Part shown: positions 10,201 through 18,095 of the stretch, piece after piece
Layout of the letters: each line of letters starts with the position of its first letter
Position numbering within the stretch: the stretch's first letter is position 1
Source of the DNA: an uncultured Alphaproteobacteria bacterium
Lineage (GTDB): Bacteria; Pseudomonadota; Alphaproteobacteria; Acetobacterales; Acetobacteraceae
Direction of reading: 5' to 3'
DNA: 64,000 nucleotides
Assembly: GCA_963850605.1 (NCBI GenBank)
Contig: CAWKLX010000002.1
Span: 396,966 to 460,965, forward strand
The notes under the pieces: generated by a model
Seen by the model: only the letters and a program-made list of their open reading frames with translations
Databases searched by the model: none
Told to the model about the DNA's origin: nothing
Made by a program: the position numbers and the translations under genes

Positions 10201-11429
10201 GTGGCCCCGCTCGCATCCAGCGTGCCGTGCACGCCGGCCGTGCCGCCCGCCTGCACAGTAATCCGCCCGCCCCGGCCGCCGCGCAACGTGCCGCGGGCGC
10301 GCAACGCGGCGCCCGGCGCAACGGTAACGTTTCCGGTCGGCGCAAGCAGCTTTACCGCCCCACCCCCGTAAGCACCCGATGCGTCCAGCACGCCGCCCGA
10401 TGCTACCGTCACGTTGCGGTTGCCGGTCACCGTCACGCTGCCGCCGGCGCCGGACGCGCCCGTCGCCTGGATGGCGCCGTCCACCTCGATATCGCCGCCC
10501 ACGCCGGAGACCAGAACGCGGCCGGACTGACCCCCCAGCGTCGGGGCCGAAATGGTGCCGCTCGCCGAAATGAGTTTCGAGACGACGCCATCGGCCGCCT
10601 GGGCGGTCAGAACCACCGTGCCGCCTGGGGCCAGGATGGTGCCGGTGTTGGTCACAAGAGCCGTCACGGTACGGCCGCCGAGCTGAACTTGCGTGACCTG
10701 GCCGGTCACGTTCAGCGCCACCAGCCCGTCGCCGTACATGTCGAGCGTGTGGGTGGCCGCCCCGCCCAGCACCACGCGGCCCAATACGGCGGTGATGGTT
10801 CCGGAATTGGCCACTTGCGGCGCCACCAGTGCCGCCAGACCCGCCTGGCGTACCGTGATGTTGCCGGCGTTGCTGACCACGGCACCCGGTTGTGGCGGCT
10901 GCACGAAGACCAGGCGCCCGGCCATGAAATCCTGGTCGGTGATGCCGGCGGCGGAGACCACCAGCCCGGCCGTATCAACCGTCGATCCTTGCAGGAATAC
11001 CACGCCTGATTGGTTGACGATGGCGATGCGACCATTGGCGAGAATGTGGCCGGCGATCTGCGACGGGTTTGCGGAGATCACGCGATTCAGCGTGAAGCTG
11101 CTGGCGCCAGGCTGCGCATACTGTACAGTCTGTGCGCTGCCGATGTTGAAATTCTGCCAGTTGACAACAGCGTTCTGGCTCGATTGGCGGACGAGCGTCG
11201 TTGTGGCGTTCGAGGTGATCGCCGCACTTCCGGACGAGACTTGGCCGCCCGCCGGGCGGGCGTTCGCCGCGGGCTGGGCACGTGCGGGTAGGCCCGCAAC
11301 CAGCAATGCGGCCGCCTGCAACGCGGTGGTGGCGTAGAGCGCGGCCCGGGTGCGCCGCGCCGATCGCGGCACACCCGCCTTGGCCGCTTCCGGCGTGGCA
11401 CGCGCGATCGCCCGTAAACGCTGTCCCAT
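6759..11429 (-). CDS. N-terminal segment (1 of 3) of giant TPS-domain exoprotein (filamentous haemagglutinin N-terminal domain, TpsA-like)
   Basis: The signal peptide is ALYATTALQAAALLVAGLPARAQP. The TPS/haemagglutination-activity domain reads NWQNFNIGSAQTVQYAQPGASSFTLNRVISANPSQIAGHILANGRIAIVNQSGVVFLQG. ATG at 11429 follows a GGGGGAA RBS, and the ORF track gives a TTG at 11471. The last 145 or so residues (RRQHLRGVRVRIQQRG...) are out-of-frame nonsense, so the real frame leaves near 7200-7225. Confidence 0.85.
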   Translation of the reverse strand: MGQRLRAIARATPEAAKAGVPRSARRTRAALYATTALQAAALLVAGLPARAQPAANARPAGGQVSSGSAAITSNATTTLVRQSSQNAVVNWQNFNIGSAQTVQYAQPGASSFTLNRVISANPSQIAGHILANGRIAIVNQSGVVFLQGSTVDTAGLVVSAAGITDQDFMAGRLVFVQPPQPGAVVSNAGNITVRQAGLAALVAPQVANSGTITAVLGRVVLGGAATHTLDMYGDGLVALNVTGQVTQVQLGGRTVTALVTNTGTILAPGGTVVLTAQAADGVVSKLISASGTISAPTLGGQSGRVLVSGVGGDIEVDGAIQATGASGAGGSVTVTGNRNVTVASGGVLDASGAYGGGAVKLLAPTGNVTVAPGAALRARGTLRGGRGGRITVQAGGTAGVHGTLDASGATTRDAGGTLAVSGGTLSVDGLLSANLPGQPTGHAAFTDKGSLTVQFATCAMGANCLDFASFLNDLSTIVDTDGAITFVAGKNAAQSKLTSAANISLTTVLSAPGAASGDIIFDSGTSLFAPDFLVHAAGNIDIYGLLSGLAGTPATSVTLTAGGDINEHNPAPMPATSGTIDAQALIVSARNVVLDTASNSITTLGSVTAAGNFTLDDASGLSVTAPLMAGGDVAISVTGPSHALTISSAVSGVNVTFDTGSLSLLSDASVSALGSFTAVGNVTEGAQATIHANTLAQITGTLTQTGGTFSAGTLTIGGDVIQAGGILSAGSLATIGGSLAQTASSTLTAGTLSLGAMGQAVSLTQDGGSAIILGEGGGTIQLSGSLDQGVLSHITAQGGTLSLIANGGLTLAGLVSDQTGTVDLLAQGGGISQSGTMGLTGTLLAGTLALQAGTIGGAAFDVHLDNVAVNHIEVLSDASVSGNLTLADNDPIALMAKATVTVGGTLALSTSLLSMSGGGSITASSFALTGNLAQQTGDSLTASGQASVDGSLSQIGGSLSGGTVTIAGGVQQSAGGSLGAVGALTIDGSVAQNASTISAGGSAVIRGASFLQNGSTLSAAMLSVQSGTFSQSNDGQGASSAIDVGAGGTTIALTGNLTQDAGSSIVSGGTLSLTGNTLLLAGLVSDSQGTVMLGGPATQLITETASGAGSATGSLQAGTLVAQAAGGIRLDTVSGPGVGNAIVDLGRISAGPTFALADGVAVTLNGTLSASSVALRAPSLTVSAGAAIDAQPPAGAGAISIGADRISLVGTLSAPAGLVAIGLLHPGTFSVVAGGTIDPTSLEHVFTGPVGTIALGSTNGSLANGMGANLTWDAASTGAVSTLSVLGAIDLSTAANAGTLGLFSNGGVEVNVGAPSNGVTVATLYGAAAGDFLAASSQNLIQAIGPTLTAQGGTLVLTDAGTLTLLHGARVAGNNGVTLSALGGTLTQDSLSAIDSASGMVELDSAPAGAARRQHLRGVRVRIQQRGPGYRIQHRRRYCHARHQRHRFPVAVERFLNRGDRPALGHPVRRPDAKRRQQTYGAVRRYQPGQLGRVAAAGRTSSRTRRRGEPARGGWKHRAKRIRQFANRHAAGRHLDRPVRHGWRAGVRPAAEWDDR

Positions 11430-11613
11430 CGCCGTTCCCCCGCCGCTGAGCCAACTCGTGCCACGCGGCAATCTGCCTATACTATCGCATTTTCAACTTG
11501 CTTGAAAACGAAATCGCCCGACCGAGCCAAATCCGTTGCCGTAAACGCGTGCTTCGCCTTGTCGCGCCGCCATCTTTAGCCGCCTGCCGGCTTCGGTTCG
11601 ATCTCATGATGGT

Positions 11614-13386
11614 CTAGAAGTGAGCAATGATCTGCCAAAAGAACGCACTTGATTTGAGCCGCGGGTTTTGCGCGCCTTCCGGCGTGCGGGTCAGCCGGCT
11701 CACCCCCTCCAGATCGATCTCGGCATGATCGCCCAGCGTCAGCCGGACACCGCCGCCCAATGAGCGAAGGGTATGGCTGGCGTCGGTCCGCTGCTGCTGC
11801 CAGGTCTCGCCCCAGTCGAAAAATCCGTAGAAGACGGCTTGAGGATTAACCCGCCAGCCCGGTCCCCACCCAGGGATCGGCGGCAAAGGTGTCGTCAGTT
11901 GCGGTTCGATCTTCGTGGTCAGCGCCCGATCGCCGGTCACCTCGCCATAGTAGAACCCCCGGTTGAAAGAGGGGCCGCCCAAATAGAACTCTTCCTCGGG
12001 CGGAAGAGTGTTGTCGGTGAACTGCCCCTCTGCCGCCAACTCGACCTGTACCGTCGCGGGCTCATCGAACAGGCGATACGGGTGGAACAGTATTTGCGTG
12101 CGTTCCAGGCGGGCGTTGGCCTTGGTGAAATCGACCCGCTCATTCAGCCGCGGCAATTGCGGGTTTCCGTTGGTGGACGCGCCAAACGCCGGCAGTCCTT
12201 GGCTGAACGTGACCTCGCCCACATTGGTCGCCGGCATTCTTGGAGAGATCCAGAGATCGCTCAGCGTGTCGGTGGCATCCAGACTGAGCACGCGCAAACT
12301 GTCGAAGCTGGCGCGCGAGGCCGGTCCCAACACGGAATAGGCGATGTCGGATTCCACGCCGTCGAACTGCAACGCCAGCGACAGATCCTGCTGGCGCGAG
12401 CGGATGACGGGATAGGTGAGCGCCGCGCCGAACACGCGCGTCACCCCATCGTAACCGAGCGCGCGCAAGCTGCCCGAGGGTGCGGACTCGCCCGCGCCGC
12501 CATAGATGCGCAGCTTTAAGCCGGACGTGCCGATGAAGAATTCTTCCGCAGCCTGGCCGAACGTGTCGGTGTTGTTGAACGTATGATAGATCGACAACTC
12601 GGTCCGCTCGCCCCATGCAGAAAAACTGTTGGCGTCGGCCACGGCCAGCAACTCTTCCGGCCCGGTCTGGCGAAATGCCCGGTTATCGGCGCGGATGGAC
12701 CCGCTGAACGCCTGCCGTGTGACTTGCGCGCGCAGCGAAAGCGCGCCCGGGTCGGTGGCGGATGGGTCGAGAATGACGTGCACTGTCACGCCCGGCACAT
12801 CGTTGGCCAGCAGCACCCAGCGTTCGAGATCGCCGGCACGCAGCAGGCGGCCGTCTGCCAAGTGGTTGAGGAATCCTAGCACGAGCGTGCCGGCGGGCCC
12901 GATATCCTGGCTGAGCTTAACACTGATAATGTGCGGCTCGACGACCGTGATCCGCAACTGCCGTTCATGGATGCGGGCGCGCACGGCGGTGTAGGTGTAG
13001 CCATCCCGGCGATACAGATTGAGCAGCGCGGCTCGCGCTATCTCGACTTGCTCGAGCGGCACGGCCGGTCCGGTCAGGCCGGCCAGCAAGGGCGCCAGTT
13101 TTGCCTGGCTGTAGGCGGTGGAACCGTTGATTGCGACGCTGTCGATACTGAAAACCTGGCCGGGTATGACGGCTGCCGGTGCCACCGGCGCGGGTGGCGG
13201 CGCGGCCGGTGCGGTGTTGGGCGGCGGCGGCGATTGTATGCCCGGCAGCGGCGAGCCGAGCGGTGGCCGCGTTTGCGCCAGGGATGTGGGCGCGCCGGTC
13301 ATCCACAGAGTTCCCGCCAGCGCGGTTCGGCACAGACGGCGTTTAGATGCGAGAAGGCGGGCCGATGCTGGACGCGACGCGGGCAT
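11614..13386 (-). CDS. ShlB/FhaC/HecB-family two-partner-secretion outer-membrane transporter (TpsB)
   Basis: The signal peptide is ...LAGTLWMTGAPTSLAQ. A POTRA-like region follows (FSIDSVAINGSTAYSQAKLAPLL..., LLNLYRRDGYTYTAVRARI). The C-terminal half is a beta-barrel ending FFWQIIAHF (terminal aromatic residue). ATG at 13386 is preferred over the track start at 13449. Confidence 0.85.
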   Translation of the reverse strand: MPASRPASARLLASKRRLCRTALAGTLWMTGAPTSLAQTRPPLGSPLPGIQSPPPPNTAPAAPPPAPVAPAAVIPGQVFSIDSVAINGSTAYSQAKLAPLLAGLTGPAVPLEQVEIARAALLNLYRRDGYTYTAVRARIHERQLRITVVEPHIISVKLSQDIGPAGTLVLGFLNHLADGRLLRAGDLERWVLLANDVPGVTVHVILDPSATDPGALSLRAQVTRQAFSGSIRADNRAFRQTGPEELLAVADANSFSAWGERTELSIYHTFNNTDTFGQAAEEFFIGTSGLKLRIYGGAGESAPSGSLRALGYDGVTRVFGAALTYPVIRSRQQDLSLALQFDGVESDIAYSVLGPASRASFDSLRVLSLDATDTLSDLWISPRMPATNVGEVTFSQGLPAFGASTNGNPQLPRLNERVDFTKANARLERTQILFHPYRLFDEPATVQVELAAEGQFTDNTLPPEEEFYLGGPSFNRGFYYGEVTGDRALTTKIEPQLTTPLPPIPGWGPGWRVNPQAVFYGFFDWGETWQQQRTDASHTLRSLGGGVRLTLGDHAEIDLEGVSRLTRTPEGAQNPRLKSSAFFWQIIAHF

Positions 13387-13566
13387 GATGGCGATAGTCC
13401 ACACGGAGTGACCGAAATTATAGCCGCTAAGAGGCATTTTGACAAACACCGCGTAACAATTTGCGGACTGCTTGATGATATCTAGTCTTTTTAGTTGATC
13501 GGGTGTAAGGTGCGGTCATCTCAGGCACGCATGGCGTGGACGTGCCGCCACCCGAGGGTTTAACCA

Positions 13567-14143
13567 ATGTGTCGCAAAATTCTCATGCCCGTGTATGTAT
13601 TGGTTGCGGTGATGATTGGAACGGCTGGCGCGCGCGCCGCCGCGGACCCTTCATCCGATGACATGATTTCGGCGTTGAAGCGGGACGGCCTCCGCGGTCC
13701 CAGTCGCGGTATTCGCGCAGTCGGCCCCTCCAGCATGCCCGACCCTAAGTCGGCTGCGCCGCAACGCCATCGCGCCGAGAAGGTGTCTAGAGTCGGGCTC
13801 GCTCGATTTGTCGGTCCAGTTCGCCAGCGGATCGGCCGAGCTGACCCCGGCAGCGACACATTTGCTCGACCGGCTCGGCCATGCATTGTCCAGCCCGGCC
13901 TTGGCCGGCGATCGTTTTCGTATTGAAGGCCATACCGATACGGTCGGCACGGCCGAGGCCAACAAGGCGCTGTCGCAGCAGCGGGCGGAGCGAGTTGCAC
14001 GGTATCTGCAGGAGAAATTCAATGTGGACGCGTCGCGCCTCGCGGCCGAGGGCGTGGGGGAGGACGATCTGCTGGTGCGCACGGCCGATCAGGTGCCCGA
14101 ACCACGCAACCGCCGCGTGCACATCGTCAACCTGGGCGCGTAG
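13567..14143 (+). pseudogene. OmpA-family (peptidoglycan-binding OmpA_C-like) protein, apparent frame break near 13790
   Basis: ORF 13808-14143 carries the OmpA_C signature: VQFASGSAELT...RIEGHTDTVGTAEANKALSQQRAERVARYL...NRRVHIVNLG. ORF 13567-13926 in another frame supplies a signal peptide (MCRKILMPVYVLVAVMIGTAGARAAA) and DMISALKRDGLRGPSRGIR, then turns to nonsense. The two read as one gene if one base is added or removed near 13780-13800. Confidence 0.7.
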
Positions 14144-14316
14144 CGACCGGATGTCGCGCACCGGCTACTATGTGGCCGCGCGGCTGATCACTGTTTGAAG
14201 CAGATCTAGCTTCAGTCCCCAGCCCTTGGCCACACCTACCGGTCTGTGAGACATTCGGCATGCTGGCGCAATAATCGCGGCGCTCGCCAGCGCGCCTTCT
14301 GTGGAACACGGGCAGG

Positions 14317-16116
14317 ATGAACCTGGCGGCAGGCGACAGCCTGGGCAAATACCTGATCGCCGGCACGCTGGGCCGCGGGGCGATGGGCACGGTATACGAC
14401 GCACGCGACCCGGTGATCGACCGGCGGGTGGCGATCAAAACTATCCCATTGGTGCCCGCCGACGATGATGAGGGCGAGGCGCTGGCCCGCTTCAAGCGCG
14501 AGGCGCAGGCGGCCGGACGGCTGCACCACCCCAACATCGTTGGCGTCTACGATTACGGCGAAACCGCTTCGATTGCCTACATCATCATGGAATTTGTCGA
14601 GGGACGTTCGCTGAAAGCACCGCTGGATGCGCATGAGCGGTTCGCGCCGGCCGAAACCGTGCGCATCATGGAGAGCATTCTCGACGGGCTTCATTACAGC
14701 CACAGCCGCGGCGTAGTGCACCGCGACATCAAGCCCGCCAACATCATGCTGACGAAAGAGGGCGTTGTGAAAATCGCCGATTTTGGCATCGCGCGGATCG
14801 AGAGCAGCCAGATGACGCAGGCCGGCACCATTATGGGCACGCCGGCCTACATGTCGCCCGAGCAGTTCATGGGACAGACGGTCGATCTGCGCACCGATAT
14901 CTATTCGGCTGGCGTGCTGCTCTATCAGTTGCTCACCGGCGAGCGGCCGTTCGACGGCGGCATGTCCGCCATCATGCACAAGGCGCTGCACACCGAGCCG
15001 CCGGCCCCCTCGGCGATCTCTGTCGTCTCGCCCACCGAATTCGACGCGGTGGTGGCGCGCGCAATGGCCAAGCGTCCGGAACACCGTTTCCAGTCGGCCG
15101 ACGAGTTCGCCGCCGCCATCCGGGGCGCGCTGGTTGCACCCGCGGCTGCGCGCGCGTCCGACAGGCCGGCCGAGGCAGAGGCTACGATCGTGTATGCACC
15201 CCGCCCGGCCGGCCCGCCGGCAACTGCCATTGCCCCGCCGGTGGAGCGGCCTGCCTCGCGCATGCCAGTCTTTGCCGGCATCACGGCCGTTGTTCTCGTG
15301 CTGGCTGGTGCCGGTGCATTTTTCGCATGGCGTCAACCGGCGCCATCGGCGGTGTTGCCGCCGCCCCCGGCACCACCTGCGGCCAAGCCGGTGGCCGTCG
15401 CTCCGCCGTTCGTGCCGATGCCGGTTCGGCAGGCGCCGAAAGCGGCCGATTTCAGCCAGCTTCCGGCTGTCTTGGGGGGGCTCTCGCACGTTGCGTGCAG
15501 CCTAGCGGCGGTTGGCATCTCGGATGGGGCATTCGCGATTACCGGCATTGTGTCGCGCGCGGACGAAGCTGCGCTGCGGCAGGCGGCGAAGGATAACGTG
15601 TTCGGCGCGCCGGTCACTTGGGGCGTTTCCGCGTTCACCGGCCCCTACTGCGACGTGCTGGACGCCGTCCGCCCGCACGCCGCCGGTTCGTCCGGACTAG
15701 GTCACTTGTCGCTCGCGTTGCAGGGCGCGCCGCCCTCCCTGGTGAAAGATGCCCATATCGTGCCGGTGGTCGATCTGCCCGACTACAGCGCGTATCTCCG
15801 GGTGGACTACTTCAGCAACGATGGCATGGTGGCGCACATTACGCCGGGCCGCGGGCACGAAGCCACCTACCCGGCCGGGACATCTGTGGCGTTCGGCGCC
15901 GATCCCAAGCTCGGATTTTTCAAGGCCGGGCCGCCTTTCGGCACGGATATGATGGTCGCCATTGCATCTAGCATGCCGTTGTTCAGCAAGCCCCGCCTTG
16001 GCACCGATACCGTCGCCGCCTACCTCCCGGCGCTGCGTAGTGCGCTGGCCAATGCCGCCCAATCGGGCGCACACATCGAAGCGCGCGCCATCCTGGTGGA
16101 AACACGCGCACGTTGA
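14317..16116 (+). CDS. Hanks-type serine/threonine protein kinase with one TM segment and an extracytoplasmic C-terminal domain
   Basis: Kinase motifs are GRGAMGTVYDARD, VAIK, HRDIKPANIML, DFGIA and GTPAYMSPEQ. A Pro/Ala-rich linker follows, then a TM segment (VFAGITAVVLVLAGAGAFFAW) and a C-terminal domain of about 230 aa with unrecognised fold. Confidence 0.9.
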   Translation: MNLAAGDSLGKYLIAGTLGRGAMGTVYDARDPVIDRRVAIKTIPLVPADDDEGEALARFKREAQAAGRLHHPNIVGVYDYGETASIAYIIMEFVEGRSLKAPLDAHERFAPAETVRIMESILDGLHYSHSRGVVHRDIKPANIMLTKEGVVKIADFGIARIESSQMTQAGTIMGTPAYMSPEQFMGQTVDLRTDIYSAGVLLYQLLTGERPFDGGMSAIMHKALHTEPPAPSAISVVSPTEFDAVVARAMAKRPEHRFQSADEFAAAIRGALVAPAAARASDRPAEAEATIVYAPRPAGPPATAIAPPVERPASRMPVFAGITAVVLVLAGAGAFFAWRQPAPSAVLPPPPAPPAAKPVAVAPPFVPMPVRQAPKAADFSQLPAVLGGLSHVACSLAAVGISDGAFAITGIVSRADEAALRQAAKDNVFGAPVTWGVSAFTGPYCDVLDAVRPHAAGSSGLGHLSLALQGAPPSLVKDAHIVPVVDLPDYSAYLRVDYFSNDGMVAHITPGRGHEATYPAGTSVAFGADPKLGFFKAGPPFGTDMMVAIASSMPLFSKPRLGTDTVAAYLPALRSALANAAQSGAHIEARAILVETRAR

Positions 16117-16220
16117 TGAGGTTGCGGGTTAGCCGCGCCGTAAAGATGGCGCGCGATGGCGTTGGGTGGGGGGCGAACTCGGCGTTGACAGGTAGTACTT
16201 TCCTTCAAGAATGCACGCTT

Positions 16221-17111
16221 TCACTTCCTCATATCCGCGTCCCGCAGCCACCCCGCCGGCATGCCCGCAACAAACCGCGCGCGCAACTCCGCCCAAGCTT
16301 GATCCGGCAATCCCACGATCCGCGCCGAGGCCAGTCGCTTGTCGGGCGTGTGCACTAGATAAGCCTGCATTTCATTGACGAACAGGTCGGGCTGCGAGGT
16401 ATCGTATTCCTGCGAAGCCAGGAAACGCGTGAACGCGGCGCGGTCGTTGTCGTCCATCGTAACGCGCCAGAATACGCGCACGTACTCGGCATAGGCGGGC
16501 ACGGTAAAAAACTCCCCGTGTGACAGCTCGTGTCGCAACGTTGCGGTGCGAAACGCGGCATTGATCTGCGAGTCGGCACCCAGCCGCGGGAGGGTAATGA
16601 CCGCCTGATCCGCATTTCGCACGAGCAAGCCTTGCGAATGTGCCAATGCGCGCAACCGCCGCTCCTGCGCATTCAAGGCCACGCCGTCCCGGTCGGCGAT
16701 GGCGAAAAACCGGGCCAGCGTGGCGCTGCTGTAGTCGTGCCCATAATAGTAGGTGCCGGGCGTATCGCCGTGCTTGGCGATGGCCGAAGCGAGTTCGGCA
16801 TCCGACAGAAGACGGTCGTGCGGCACGCCGGATTTTTCCGCGAACGCGGCGACGCGGTTGAACATCAAACCCTGTTGGGTGAGGTCGGGGAAATCCAGCA
16901 CTAATATACGCGAGTTGGCGGCAAATCGATGCACCGTGAGCACCGCAGGCCGCTCCGCCGCGATCGTGGGTTCGTCGGCCAGGGTCAGGGCCGCGCTGGT
17001 GCCCGGCGCCATACCGCGACATATCAGTGCGAGAAGCAAGGCAGTCGTGCCAGCCCCACCCAGGCACGCCCACAAAATGCGCCGGCTGCCAGGCCGCGCC
17101 GGACGGCGCAT
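16221..17111 (-). CDS. Membrane-anchored hypothetical protein with an HExxH motif
   Basis: The ATG at 17111 gives MRRPARPGSRRILWACLGGAGTTALLLALICRG (N-terminal TM/signal anchor). An internal LRHELSHGEFF (HELSH = HExxH) is present. It lies 40 nt downstream of the PP2C gene on the same strand. I recognise no family. Confidence 0.55.
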   Translation of the reverse strand: MRRPARPGSRRILWACLGGAGTTALLLALICRGMAPGTSAALTLADEPTIAAERPAVLTVHRFAANSRILVLDFPDLTQQGLMFNRVAAFAEKSGVPHDRLLSDAELASAIAKHGDTPGTYYYGHDYSSATLARFFAIADRDGVALNAQERRLRALAHSQGLLVRNADQAVITLPRLGADSQINAAFRTATLRHELSHGEFFTVPAYAEYVRVFWRVTMDDNDRAAFTRFLASQEYDTSQPDLFVNEMQAYLVHTPDKRLASARIVGLPDQAWAELRARFVAGMPAGWLRDADMRK

Positions 17112-17151
17112 GACTATCGTATCCTGTTCGGTATGGGGAACCCGCTTTGGC

Positions 17152-17889
17152 CTAGCTTGCGTCAAGATCGTCGCCACCGGTTTCGGCCTCAACAATGACC
17201 GCCGTGATGTTGTCGCGCGCCCGCGCCTGCAGGGCCGCGTCAATCAGTTGCTCGGCGGGCGAGGCGCCCTGCACCAGGCGTGCCACGTGGGTCTCGTCCA
17301 ACGCCTTGAACACGCCGTCGCTGCACAGCAGGAAACGATCGCCCGGCACCATGCGATCTGTCACCTTGTCCAGCTCGAACGCCTCGCCATCCAAGCCGAC
17401 CGCCCGGGTAATGACGTTCGCATGCGGATGCGTGTCGGCATCTTCCGCGCGCAGCACACCCAATTCCACCAATTCCTGCACCAGGCTGTGGTCGCGTGTC
17501 AGTGCTTGCAGAACGCCACCGCGCATCAGGTAGATGCGCAAGTCACCCGCCCACAGGCATGCAAAATGCCCCGCATGCGTCAGCAAGACGGCCACTGTCG
17601 ACGCGATCCGCGTCTGCGGTCCACGGCGCGCCGCCTCGTCCAGCAGCGCCTCGTGCGCGCCCGCAACCGCCGCGCGCACCTGCACGATCATTTCGCTGCC
17701 CGGCAACCCGGATGGTATGTCCGACAGTGCCCGCGTGATCGTGTCGGACGCAAGCTCTCCCGACTGGTGGCCGCCCGCACCGTCGGCCACGGCCCACAAC
17801 CCGGCATCCGGCCGATCGACCAGCGAATCCTCATTATGGCCCCGCACGGCGCCGGGATGTGTTGCGGCCCAGGAACGCAAGCGGATCAT
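17152..17889 (-). CDS. PP2C-family serine/threonine protein phosphatase
   Basis: Motifs are THPGAVRGHNEDS, WAVADGAGGHQSGELAS, LLCSDGV and ARDNITAVIVE. ATG at 17889 or 17904 is more plausible than the track start at 17967. Confidence 0.85.
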   Translation of the reverse strand: MIRLRSWAATHPGAVRGHNEDSLVDRPDAGLWAVADGAGGHQSGELASDTITRALSDIPSGLPGSEMIVQVRAAVAGAHEALLDEAARRGPQTRIASTVAVLLTHAGHFACLWAGDLRIYLMRGGVLQALTRDHSLVQELVELGVLRAEDADTHPHANVITRAVGLDGEAFELDKVTDRMVPGDRFLLCSDGVFKALDETHVARLVQGASPAEQLIDAALQARARDNITAVIVEAETGGDDLDAS

Positions 17890-17989
17890 CCGGTCAGCTT
17901 CCATATCACGCGCCGCCCGGACCAGGCCGGGCACGCGCAATGCCGGCGCAAATTGTGTCGGCTGCAACCATACACGGCAGGTTTGGGCG

Positions 17990-18060
17990 CGGAAAGCGGA
18001 ACATTATCGACGCGGAGGCCGGCCTGGTGTAGTTTGAAGCGACGGAAATTCCGCTTTCCG
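17990..18060. promoter_or_regulatory. Perfect 12-bp inverted repeat (CGGAAAGCGGAA ... TTCCGCTTTCCG) with a 47-nt spacer
   Basis: Left arm 17990-18001, right arm 18049-18060. It sits in the divergent intergenic region between the PP2C gene and the DUF4337 gene, ending 36 nt before the ATG at 18096. Confidence 0.4.
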
Positions 18061-18095
18061 GGCCGAAGAGTTTTTCGCCGGGCAGGAGCGCCGAC

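Noticed and set aside
3578-11337. Plus-strand ORFs of 200-420 aa (3578-4807, 6291-7556, 7471-8571, 8454-9170, 9948-11009, 10693-11337) across the exoprotein locus
   Set aside because: They are antisense to a strongly motif-supported TPS exoprotein. Their composition is Pro/Ala/Ser/Arg-biased low complexity.
11481-11499. A/T hairpin TTTTCAA-cttgc-TTGAAAA between tpsB and the exoprotein gene as an attenuator
   Set aside because: The 7-bp A/T stem is too weak to call without expression data. I note it only.
14236-15489. 417-aa minus-strand ORF overlapping the kinase gene
   Set aside because: The Arg/His/Gly-rich sequence is nonsense. The plus-strand frame carries the complete Hanks kinase motif set.
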